Below are positions 55,863 to 64,000 of a stretch of 64,000 nt of DNA, piece by piece. The notes beneath the pieces are model-generated. The model was not told the origin of the DNA, made no database searches, and saw only the letters and a list, made by a program, of their open reading frames with translations. Each line of letters begins with the position of its first letter. Position 1 is the stretch's first letter. This stretch comes from an uncultured Dehalococcoidia bacterium. Its GTDB lineage: Bacteria > Chloroflexota > Dehalococcoidia > Lucifugimonadales > CAJWER01. The stretch lies in assembly GCA_958296115.1 (NCBI GenBank), contig OY282442.1, forward strand, positions 1,902,943 to 1,966,942. The letters are read 5' to 3'. A program made the translations under genes and the position numbers.

Positions 55863-55991
55863 CCGGCGATGCGTCCAACCACCAGACCCACCAAATTGAA
55901 ACAGGCTCCTGGATTCGGGTGCGGTGGATAGCGAGTGTACGAGCATGTATGATAGGCGGCGCGTAGGCCCGGTTGGGCTGCTGGAGGCGCT

Positions 55992-56993
55992 ATGGCAAGT
56001 GAGCTGCAGGTTGGAGTGATCGGGTGCGGGAGTCATGCTGAGAGCCACTTTCGCGAGATTGCGGAGGAGCCTCGGCTGCGCTTGGCGGCGATCGCCGAGA
56101 TTGACACAGAGAGGCGGGAGAGGGCGGCTGCGGCTCACGGGCCTGACGCCAGCTTCGGCGATTACCAGGAGATGCTCCAGAAGGCCAATCTGGACGTCGT
56201 GTACGTGGAGACGATGCCCGGACACCTGCTGCCGATAGTTCTGGCGTGCTTGGAGGAGGGGATCAACACGTCGGTGGAGAAGTCGCCAGGGATGAATTCG
56301 GGGGAGACGGAGACGATGGCGGCTGCGGCGCGGGAGAGCCGAGGCAAGGCGATAGTGTCGTTCAACCGACGGTACTATCCGGAGGTCCTGGCGGCGCGGC
56401 GGGAGATCAGCGAGCGGGGCGGGGCCGTCCAGGTTGGGGCGACGTACAACAAGCCGCTCACGCGGCTGGGTCACGGCGCTATGGCCGACGTCGCGCCCGC
56501 CCCGGTCATCTGCGACGCTATCCACCACGTCGATCTGCTGCGGTGGCTCGCGGGGGCGTCGGAGGGCGAGGCTGCGGGAGTCGTGGAGGTCCACTCAGTC
56601 GTGCAGGACGGCCCGCGGCCGGGGGCGCACAGGCACAACGCCGCCATCAGGTTCGACACGGGCGCCATCGGCTACATGGCCTCCCACTACGGCGTCGGCT
56701 ACCGCATACAGAGGGCGGAGGCACACGCCGAGGACCTGTCGTTCTACCTAGACCTGACCACGAGGGAGCGCCGCATCGAGCGGTACGCGGCAGAGGGAGG
56801 CGACTCCGAGATCGAGTGGACCGGCAGGCCGGAGCGCCGCCCCCTGGACCTGGATGCGGTCGGCGGGCCGGGGTACAACGAGACGCGGCACTTCGTGGAC
56901 TGCATCTTGGAGGACCGGACGCCGTGGTCTAACCTGGACGACGCCATCGAGACGATGAAGCTCTGCGAAGCGATTCGGGAAGGCAGCGGGTAG
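55992..56993 (+). CDS. Gfo/Idh/MocA family oxidoreductase
   Basis: It has the N-terminal Rossmann segment LQVGVIGCGSHA and contains VSFNRRYYPEV. Confidence 0.8.
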   Translation: MASELQVGVIGCGSHAESHFREIAEEPRLRLAAIAEIDTERRERAAAAHGPDASFGDYQEMLQKANLDVVYVETMPGHLLPIVLACLEEGINTSVEKSPGMNSGETETMAAAARESRGKAIVSFNRRYYPEVLAARREISERGGAVQVGATYNKPLTRLGHGAMADVAPAPVICDAIHHVDLLRWLAGASEGEAAGVVEVHSVVQDGPRPGAHRHNAAIRFDTGAIGYMASHYGVGYRIQRAEAHAEDLSFYLDLTTRERRIERYAAEGGDSEIEWTGRPERRPLDLDAVGGPGYNETRHFVDCILEDRTPWSNLDDAIETMKLCEAIREGSG

Positions 56994-57059
56994 GGACCCC
57001 CGTCCTAACCTTCCCCTCGAAGGTCCCAGGGGGTAGGGACAACATCAAGAGGAGTAGCC

Positions 57060-57893
57060 TTGGTGAAGCTGTCGCTGTCGGTCAGGGTTGCGGAGTCGTT
57101 GTCGAACAAGCGGAATCCCGCGATGACGCTGGAGACGCTGGCGGAAGTCGCGGTGTCCGCGGGTTACAGGGCGCTGTGCATGAGAGCGTCGCAGCTTGGC
57201 ATCCAGACCCCGCTGGACGAGGTGCGGGAGAAGCGGCGCTGGCTGGAGTCTAGGGGGTTGGCGGTGTCGATGGTTACGGGCGACTTTCCGATACCGGAGA
57301 ACACGGACGACGCCCCGGACGCGCTGCGGAACATCACCCCGTACCTGGACTTGGCGGAGGCCCTGGACGCCGACCTGCTGCGGATAGGAATGAAGAGCGG
57401 CGAGGACGTCGCGTGGGCGGAGCGGGCTTGCGACGAGGCGATGGAGCGGGGGATGAGGCTTGCCCACCAGTGCCACACGGCGAGCCTGTTCGAGCAGGTC
57501 GGGCCGAGCCTTGAGGTCATACGGCGCGTGGACCGCGAGAACTTCGGGGTTATCTACGAGCCTGCGAACCTGGTGCAGTGCGGGGAGGATTACGGCGCGG
57601 ACGCGATAAGGGCGCTCGCGCCGCACGTGTTCAACGTCTATTTCCAGAACTTGCGGGAGTCGCCGGACGGGGAGAGCGCCGCGCATACGTGGAGCAGGGG
57701 GAAGGTGCGGTTCGACCAGGTTACGATGTGGGGCGGCGAGGGCATTGATTTTCCGCACATCATGTCAGCGCTGGGGGAGGTCGGATACGAGGGGTATGTT
57801 ACGCTGCACCAGTCGGCCACTCCGCCGACGCCGCCCGAGGAGTTCGTCATGCGGACCGCCGACTACCTGCGGAGCCTCACCGACTTCGAGTAG
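57060..57893 (+). CDS. sugar phosphate isomerase/epimerase (xylose isomerase-like TIM barrel)
   Basis: 277 aa with an AP_endonuc_2-like pattern (GYRALCMRASQL..., HQCHTASLFE..., VIYEPANL..., GYEGYVTLH). The start is TTG at 57060 or GTG at 57063. Confidence 0.75.
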   Translation: MVKLSLSVRVAESLSNKRNPAMTLETLAEVAVSAGYRALCMRASQLGIQTPLDEVREKRRWLESRGLAVSMVTGDFPIPENTDDAPDALRNITPYLDLAEALDADLLRIGMKSGEDVAWAERACDEAMERGMRLAHQCHTASLFEQVGPSLEVIRRVDRENFGVIYEPANLVQCGEDYGADAIRALAPHVFNVYFQNLRESPDGESAAHTWSRGKVRFDQVTMWGGEGIDFPHIMSALGEVGYEGYVTLHQSATPPTPPEEFVMRTADYLRSLTDFE

Positions 57894-57984
57894 CCGCGCA
57901 ACGCTCAATATCAGGACGAGCTGCGCTCAGGATTGGGAATGGGCGGGCGCGCTGAATTATCCTCACCCTGGCCTTCTGTCGTGA

Positions 57985-58695
57985 AGGGGGTGGGAGGTGG
58001 CAGGCGGTACGCCTGCGCTCCTGCGCCTATGTTCGCGTTGTCTCGGCCGGCTCCTTTTCTGTTGGCGCTCTGGCGGGTTCTAGCCGCTTCTGCGCCTGGC
58101 CCTTTCCCTTTGGGGGAGGGGACGCAGGGCGGGGCGTTTGCCCTCACCCTGGCCCCTTTCCCCCGTGAGGGAGAGGGTGCTTGGCGGGTCTTGCGACCCG
58201 CGCCCTATCTACTCCTGGTTCTCCCGCTCTCGCGGGAGATGAGTTTGCCTTGCAAGGCAGTGACTCCGGTACTTGCTTCGAGGATGCCGACGTCGATCGC
58301 CCGCCGACACTGGGGGTGCAGCCCCTCCTCTAACTTTCCCGGACGGCTGACGGGCCCTTGCGGGACCGCCTGCGTTTCGCGCTTGGACCTTCCACCCGCC
58401 AAGGCGTCGGGCTGCGCTGGCTACGGTCCTCCCGGTCGTCCGAGAGTCCGCACCTGGAACGGGGGAGACGCATTTGGCACTGCGTCCTCCTGGCGAGGCG
58501 CCGAAACACAGCCGGACCTTCTCATACCGCAGGTGGTCCCGTCCCAACATCAGCGGCGGCATGAATGCCCACAAGTTTTGGCAGAGGTGGTTCTGCGTTC
58601 GTTTGGTGTACGCCCCTTCGAGCCGTCTACTAGACTAGCACGGCTGTTCTCGCGGTGTCAAGGGGCAGTTTGGGGCAATTTGGGGGCAATTTGGG
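57985..58695. repeat. composite ~0.7-kb repeat, copy B (core at 58209..58505)
   Basis: It is in the same orientation as copy A (27117..27850) and about 30.8 kb away from it. Confidence 0.85.
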
Positions 58696-58940
58696 AGGAT
58701 TTTCAGGATTGGAGGAGGGATGGGGAGGTGCAGGCGAGACGCCTGCGGTCCTTTTTGGGGCGAGGGGGAGGCGCCCTCTCCCATCATGGGAGAGGGGATA
58801 AGGCAGTGGCCGTATCGAACAGGGCCCGGGTCCGCTCTATCCTCTGTGGTATAATTTGGAGTGTGCGCTTTGATTGGGGACAAGCGCCCTGGTCGCCAAA
58901 TAATCTGGCAATCCGCCAGGTGCATTTCAGGAGGAGGAAC

Positions 58941-60815
58941 ATGGTACGCGGCGCGTTGAGATGGAAGTTGTTGGCTCTTGTTACAGGGATTGCTGCGTTG
59001 CTCTTGGTCATAGGCTGCGGAAGCCAGGACACAACGCCGGCGGCTCCCACGCCCGATGTCTCGAAGATAATCGAGCAAGCGGTGGGCAGCGTGCCTCAGG
59101 GCGCGAGCGCGGGGGATATCCAGAAGCTCGTGTCCGACTCGGTTACGGCCGCGATAGCGGCGCAGCCGGGCCTGACCGCGGCAGACGTACAGCGAATCAT
59201 AGATAAGTCCGTAGCCGACGACGACCGGCAGCTGCTTTCAGCCGAGGACGTACAGCGGGTCGTCGATCAGTCCATCAGGAACCTGCCTGCGCCCGAGATC
59301 GACGTGAACCAGCTCAGCGGCATGGTCAACCGGGCTGTCGCCGACGCGGCGCCAGAGGGCGTCAGCGCAGACGAGATAGGCCAGATAGTACAGGCGCAGG
59401 TTAGCGCCGGACTGGCCGGGACGCTCACCCGCGGCGACATCGAGGACTTGGTAGCGCGGGCGGTGGAAGGCGCGGTTGGGGACCAGGTCTCCGCCGCCGA
59501 CGTGGAGAAGATAGTAACGGCGTCTCTCGCGGCCACGAACAAGGCCATAGAGGCGGCTGCGGCAGACGCTGCATCCGCGGCGCAGGCGGCAACGGCAGCC
59601 CAGACCTCGGCGCAGCAGGCGGTCATAGTCGCCAAGGATGCGCAGGCGGCCGCTGAGAGTGAGGCGCTGCCGCCGCTCGTCGTGGGGAACCTGAACGGCT
59701 TTACGGGCCCGCTCTCCGACTTCGCGACGCCGCTGCGCAACTCCGTGGAGCTTGCCGCCGCGCACGTCAACCGCGCAGGCGGCGTCCAGGGCGCTTCCAT
59801 GATCATCATCAGCCGCGACACCGCGGTCAACCCGGTGCAGGGCGTGGACTCCGCCAGGGCGCTGGTGGACGTGGAGAACACCGTGGCCATAGTCGGCGCG
59901 CTCTCCAGCGGCGTCACGATAGCCGTCGCCGAATCGGTTACCATCCCCAAGGGGAGCGTTCTGATATCCGGAGCCTCGACAGCGCCCAGCATCACTGTGC
60001 TGGACGACAACGACTTCGTGTTTCGGACCGCGCCCTCCGACGCCTCCCAGGGTGTTGTGCTTGGCAATCTTGCCAACGACGAGGGGTACGCGACCGCCGG
60101 CGTGTTGTACATCAACAACGCCTACGGGGAGGGTCTTGCCAACCAGTTCGAGCAGACCTTCACCTCGCTGGGCGGGACCGTCACGGCGAAGGTCCCCCAC
60201 GAAGACGCCCAGCCAACCTACGTCTCCGAGTTGGAAAAGGCCACCGACGGCGACCCGGACGTGCTGGTAACAATCAGCTACCCCGGCCAGGCCGAGATAT
60301 ACTTGCGCGAGGCCATCGAGGGCGGGTACGCGGACACGTTCCTGTTCGTTGACGGACTCAAGACGCCAGAGCTGATGGCCAAGCTGGACGCCGCCGCGAT
60401 CGAGGGCACGCTCGGCACCGCGCCGGGCGGCCCCGACCGTCCTGAGAAGGCCGCTTTCGAGAGCGCATACCTCGGCGAGTTCGGATACCCTGTATCCCAC
60501 CCGTTCATGGCCGAGCACTATGACGCTGCCGTGCTGATTGCGCTGGCGGCCGCCAAGGCTGGCTCCACAACAGACTCGGCAGCCATCCGAGACGCTCTCC
60601 GGGAGGTAGCCAACGGGCCCGGCGAGATAGTCGGGCCAGGGCGCGACGGCATCGCCAGGGCGTTCAGCCTCATCGCGGCGGGCAGGGACATCAACTACGA
60701 AGGCGCGTCGGGCATCGTGGACCTGGACGCGAACGGCGACGTGTTCGGCCCCATCGAGATATGGAAGGTCGAGGGCGGAGAGATAGTCTCGACAGGCAGA
60801 TTCGAGACCCCGTAG
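58941..60815 (+). CDS. branched-chain amino acid-type ABC substrate-binding lipoprotein (LivJ/Peripla_BP_6-like) with ~200-aa repeat-rich N-terminal extension
   Basis: The ATG at 58941 follows GGAGGAGG. It has a lipobox (LLVIGCG) and an SBP core running PLVVGNLNGFTGPLSDFA...IVGALSSGVTIAV...INYEGASG. The track ORF from 57933 runs through repeat copy B. Confidence 0.8.
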   Translation: MVRGALRWKLLALVTGIAALLLVIGCGSQDTTPAAPTPDVSKIIEQAVGSVPQGASAGDIQKLVSDSVTAAIAAQPGLTAADVQRIIDKSVADDDRQLLSAEDVQRVVDQSIRNLPAPEIDVNQLSGMVNRAVADAAPEGVSADEIGQIVQAQVSAGLAGTLTRGDIEDLVARAVEGAVGDQVSAADVEKIVTASLAATNKAIEAAAADAASAAQAATAAQTSAQQAVIVAKDAQAAAESEALPPLVVGNLNGFTGPLSDFATPLRNSVELAAAHVNRAGGVQGASMIIISRDTAVNPVQGVDSARALVDVENTVAIVGALSSGVTIAVAESVTIPKGSVLISGASTAPSITVLDDNDFVFRTAPSDASQGVVLGNLANDEGYATAGVLYINNAYGEGLANQFEQTFTSLGGTVTAKVPHEDAQPTYVSELEKATDGDPDVLVTISYPGQAEIYLREAIEGGYADTFLFVDGLKTPELMAKLDAAAIEGTLGTAPGGPDRPEKAAFESAYLGEFGYPVSHPFMAEHYDAAVLIALAAAKAGSTTDSAAIRDALREVANGPGEIVGPGRDGIARAFSLIAAGRDINYEGASGIVDLDANGDVFGPIEIWKVEGGEIVSTGRFETP

Positions 60816-60850
60816 CCCCACGCGCGGCTCAAGCGTAAGCCCCAAGAGCA

Positions 60851-60890
60851 AGGCGGGCGGCCTCACATTGAGGGCCGCCCGCCTCATGTT
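60851..60890. terminator. 12-bp GC-rich hairpin between convergent genes (bidirectional terminator candidate)
   Basis: The sequence is AGGCGGGCGGCC-TCACATTGA-GGCCGCCCGCCT followed by CATGTTCAT. Confidence 0.7.
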
Positions 60891-61031
60891 CATAACCCTG
60901 CAGAACCTGCGTCGGCGTTTGCGTTAGAAGCGCCGAGCGCCCGCCCTCGTTCCGTCATTGCGTTGATAGATATGGAAGTAGGGAATGGGGCAGGCGGGAC
61001 GCCTGCGCTCTCAGGGGCGTCAAGGGGACCT

Positions 61032-62006
61032 CTATACCCGCGTGACGCGACGCTCCTCACCCAGTATGCCGCCGGGCCTGATAAGGATCACCGCCACTAT
61101 GAGCGCTCCTATCATGAAGAGCCGCAGGTTGGGGTCCCTGAACACCCCCGGCAGGAACTGCGTCCCGGCCCATATTCCCCAGACCGCGAACGCGCCCAGG
61201 ACCGCGCCGCGGTTATTTCCCGATCCCCCGACCATCAGCATGGCCCATATCACGAACGTCGCAAGCAGCGGGTCGAACGTGATGGGCGAGAGCACCCGGA
61301 CGTGATGCGCGAAGAGCGCCCCCCCAATGCCCATGATGACCGCGCCGAATACGAATGCCTGCAGCTTGAAGCGAGACACGTTCTTGCCGCTGGCCGCCGC
61401 CGCCACCTCGTCCTCGCGGATAGCCCGCAGCGCCCTGCCCCACGGCGACTTGATGGCCCTCTCGACTGCAACGAATGTTACCGCAAGCGACGCGAGCGCC
61501 ACCACGAGGTAAAGGTAGTCGTACCGGTCCGGCGGGACCAAGTCGCCCAGGAACTGCGGAATAGAATAGAGTCCCTTCGACCCATTGGCCGCCCACTTCT
61601 CATTCAGGAAGAACAGCCGCGCCGTCTCGGCGATCCCCAGCGTCGCTATGGCCAGGTAATCGTCCCGCAGGCGCAGCGTTGCGTAACCAATGAGCAGGGC
61701 GACGACTCCGCACGCAGCGCCCGCCGCGCCCAGCGCGAGCAGGAACCACAGGTCTACCCCGAGGTCCAAGAATGGGATGCCCGCCCAGTTGCCTCCGAAC
61801 ACGAAGTCCTCGAACAGGGCAGGGTCCGGCGGCGGCGTAGTCAGCAGCGCGCTGGTGTACGCGCCCAGCGCGAAGAACCCCGCTATCCCAATGTTGAACA
61901 GCCCGGTGAATCCCCAATGTACGTTCAGCCCCAGGGCGAACATCGCGTAGATGCTCGCCATGACCGCGAAGCCAACCGTATAGTCGAGAGCTCCTATCAC
62001 GTCCAT
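61032..62006 (-). CDS. livM: branched-chain amino acid ABC transporter permease (LivM-type)
   Basis: 324 aa, polytopic, containing GLNVHWGFTGLFNIGIAGFFALGAY and DDYLAIATLGIAE. Confidence 0.85.
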   Translation of the reverse strand: MDVIGALDYTVGFAVMASIYAMFALGLNVHWGFTGLFNIGIAGFFALGAYTSALLTTPPPDPALFEDFVFGGNWAGIPFLDLGVDLWFLLALGAAGAACGVVALLIGYATLRLRDDYLAIATLGIAETARLFFLNEKWAANGSKGLYSIPQFLGDLVPPDRYDYLYLVVALASLAVTFVAVERAIKSPWGRALRAIREDEVAAAASGKNVSRFKLQAFVFGAVIMGIGGALFAHHVRVLSPITFDPLLATFVIWAMLMVGGSGNNRGAVLGAFAVWGIWAGTQFLPGVFRDPNLRLFMIGALIVAVILIRPGGILGEERRVTRV

Positions 62007-62021
62007 GGCATAGATATTCCC

Positions 62022-63083
62022 TTATCCAGGGCTTCCGAATATGCCGCGCGGCCTTACTAGGAGCATCACTATCAGGATGGCGAACGCCACCGCGGGCTTG
62101 TAGCTGGGGTTGATCCACTGCGTGGACACCTCCGAGGCCACGCCGATGACGAAAGCGCCGACCAGCGCTCCATACGGATTGCCCAGCCCTCCCAGTATCA
62201 CTGCGGCGAACAGCGGTATCAGGAACCGCCACCCCATGATTGGGAGCAGCTGCGCTTGGAACACGGCGAGCATCACACCCGCCGTAGCGGCCAGTCCGGC
62301 CCCCATGCCCCAGGTCCACCATATCACCCGCCGCGTGTCTATCCCGCTCACCAGCGCCAGGTCCGCGTTGTCGGCCGTCGCACGCATCGCCTTCCCCATC
62401 CTGGTGTGCGTGAGAACGAAATAGACGACAGTGACGAGGACTATGGCGGCTATCGCCACGAAGATAGCGTCGGGCGCCACTCGCACGTCCATCGGGAGGC
62501 GATAGACCAGCTTCGACTCGCGGGGAAGATGCTGCGTATCGCCGCTCCATATGATCTGCGCGAGCCCGCGCAGGGCGATGGCAACGCCCAGGGAGGCCAT
62601 TGCCAGCACGACGGCGTTCACTCCACGGTCCCTGAGCCTGCGATAGACCGCGAAGTCCAGGGCTATCGCCCCGGCAGCCACGACCGCCACAGCTACCGGC
62701 AGAGCCACCAGGACCGGATACCCGAACGTGAACGGCCCCAGCCCAGCCTCGCTCTCGATACCCAGCGCGGGGAATATCCCCCGCGCGGCCCACGTTGCCG
62801 TATCGGTCTGCGAGCTCCCCACGAGGAATAGCGTGACGTACGCGCCCAGCGTCATGTAGTCGCCGTGCGCGATGTTGGCGAAGTTCAGGATGCCGTAGAC
62901 CAGCGTCAGCCCGATGGCCCCAACCGCGATGATAGCGCCGAGGAAGACGCCGTTGACCACCAGCCCCATCTTCACGAAGGGCAGCAACCCCAGCAGCGCC
63001 GCTCCAGCGATGATTACCAGGGTGGTATGTCCCGGCGTCCACGCCAGGCCGACTCTCCGCGCAGCCTGACGCAGATTAGTCAC
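62022..63083 (-). CDS. livH: branched-chain amino acid ABC transporter permease (LivH-type)
   Basis: It contains GAIGLTLVYGILNFANIAHGD and a C-terminus ending VMLLVRPRGIFG. The GTG at 63083 is the first start downstream of the upstream gene's stop. Confidence 0.8.
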   Translation of the reverse strand: MTNLRQAARRVGLAWTPGHTTLVIIAGAALLGLLPFVKMGLVVNGVFLGAIIAVGAIGLTLVYGILNFANIAHGDYMTLGAYVTLFLVGSSQTDTATWAARGIFPALGIESEAGLGPFTFGYPVLVALPVAVAVVAAGAIALDFAVYRRLRDRGVNAVVLAMASLGVAIALRGLAQIIWSGDTQHLPRESKLVYRLPMDVRVAPDAIFVAIAAIVLVTVVYFVLTHTRMGKAMRATADNADLALVSGIDTRRVIWWTWGMGAGLAATAGVMLAVFQAQLLPIMGWRFLIPLFAAVILGGLGNPYGALVGAFVIGVASEVSTQWINPSYKPAVAFAILIVMLLVRPRGIFGSPG

Positions 63084-63103
63084 CGAACCCGTTCCCAAGT
63101 ATC

Positions 63104-63988
63104 CTATTCGAAATTGTGTTCGCCCTCCCACTTGCCATTCTGTCCAGTCACTATGCGGTCTATATCGTATCCCGGAAGCGGAATCAGCGCTACACAGGAA
63201 CCTCCAGCGCCTTTCCACAATGGGCTGAATCCAAATGTGAGGCGCTCGAAGCCAAACTGTCGATCATCCGGATCAATATCATCCGTGTTCACTGGATACA
63301 CCCGCAGGAAGAATTCAGCCGCCGCGTCCTCCTTGGAGCAAGCATCCCTCACATATGCAAGCATGTCATGCGTGAGATATACATCGTATATGGACTGAAT
63401 CACCAGTTCCTCTCTCTCATACTCATACGCCTGGCTCTCATCATCGGCGCCTCGCAGCAAGCTTTCGAGCGGGAACGACACGTCGTAAGCGGAATAGTTG
63501 CCGTGGATCGACCGTCCGAGGTTGATTAGCGTAGAGTGCAGCATCTGGTCGTATCTGAACATCTGTATGCCGCCGTCCCTTATCTCGTTCGCCGTATGCA
63601 TCAGCCTGTCTCTCAACGGCCCAACAACGCTTATGAACAACGTTGCAGCCACGAGGCCAGTGAGCGCGATGCGCCAGCCGTTTCTCGCCCCGCCTTCTAC
63701 CACTGCCTTGACGCCGTACCAGCATAGCACGGTCAACGCTGGTATGGACGCGTGCCTCATTATCTCGCTCTTGTCATATCCCCAGTGATACGTTGGCACA
63801 ATAAGCAACGCCGCCACCGCGGCAATGAAGAAGACATCCCGGCGTATCCGCGGTTGCAGCAGCCACAGCAGGACAGCCAGAGTGAGAAACTCCATAAGGT
63901 AGAACAGGGGCATCCATCTGACTATCTGCCCCCATTCGTACAATTCCCATATCCACCCTCTGCGCGCGGTGGATTCGCCGCTGCTCAT
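63104..63988 (-). CDS. hypothetical membrane protein (N-terminal TM helices plus soluble C-terminal domain); frame stays open to the window edge
   Basis: 294 aa counted from the ATG at 63988. No stop codon occurs between 63988 and 64000, so the gene may be longer. The region is AT-richer than its surroundings (30/60 G+C in line 63241-63300). Confidence 0.5.
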   Translation of the reverse strand: MSSGESTARRGWIWELYEWGQIVRWMPLFYLMEFLTLAVLLWLLQPRIRRDVFFIAAVAALLIVPTYHWGYDKSEIMRHASIPALTVLCWYGVKAVVEGGARNGWRIALTGLVAATLFISVVGPLRDRLMHTANEIRDGGIQMFRYDQMLHSTLINLGRSIHGNYSAYDVSFPLESLLRGADDESQAYEYEREELVIQSIYDVYLTHDMLAYVRDACSKEDAAAEFFLRVYPVNTDDIDPDDRQFGFERLTFGFSPLWKGAGGSCVALIPLPGYDIDRIVTGQNGKWEGEHNFE

Positions 63989-64000
63989 ATAGGACAGAAG

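Noticed and set aside
57933-58940. N-terminal 336-aa extension of the LivJ-like ORF. The extension of hsdM from 27627 to 28103 and of the LOG-like ORF from 40539 to 41024 are similar cases.
   Set aside because: The extensions run through repeat elements or the antisense strand of a neighbouring gene. Internal starts with good Shine-Dalgarno sequences, together with a lipobox or family N-terminus, give normal-length proteins.

Overview
High-GC bacterial chromosomal segment. Hand-counted 60-nt lines in typical genes are about 65% G+C. The gene content and the abundant REP-like intergenic hairpins are reminiscent of Chloroflexota-type environmental genomes, but taxonomy cannot be verified here. 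Order of content: (i) A surface-polysaccharide cluster on the minus strand (radical SAM fragment, Wzy/O-antigen-ligase-like protein, GT4, Wzx-like flippase, GT2), followed by tRNA-Val(TAC) and tRNA-Arg(GCG). (ii) A UGSC-type selenoprotein gene whose in-frame TGA splits it into two ORFs in the track, with a SECIS-like hairpin. (iii) Assorted metabolism and regulation genes: two methyltransferases flanking a 705-aa NHL-repeat protein, rhaM, an SDR, an OmpR/HK pair, a TlpA-like redoxin, DinB, and an ADH. (iv) Two giant FtsX-type permeases preceded by a short DprA/SLOG-like gene. (v) At the window centre, a Type I R-M operon (hsdM, hsdS, hsdR) interrupted twice. A five-gene cassette with two TIR-domain proteins, a small 3-TM protein and two small acidic proteins lies between hsdM and hsdS. 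An ABC-type AAA ATPase plus a DUF4276-like gene pair lies between hsdS and hsdR. I consider the TIR/TM cassette the best candidate for an undescribed defence system. (vi) Housekeeping and other genes: PCD, a methyltransferase, a LOG-like protein translationally coupled to enolase, a second NHL paralog, a molybdopterin hydroxylase large subunit, a secreted hydrolase, a GldA/GldFG-like ABC-2 transporter plus DUF4340, a TolB-like propeller, a Gfo/Idh/MocA oxidoreductase, a sugar-phosphate isomerase, and LivJ/M/H-type transporter genes. Non-coding highlights: a roughly 0.7-kb composite repeat is present twice (27117-27850 and 57985-58695). Its ~298-nt core is near-identical between copies, and the flank just downstream of the core carries compensatory base-pair changes, so it is a candidate structured RNA or non-autonomous element. 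At least 10 copies of a REP/MITE-like hairpin family (ATCACCCTCACCC...CTCTCCC-GTCAA-GGGAGAG...) occur in intergenic gaps. Many long ORFs in the track are GC-driven shadow frames and were ignored. All calls rest on motif recognition by eye; no database search was possible.
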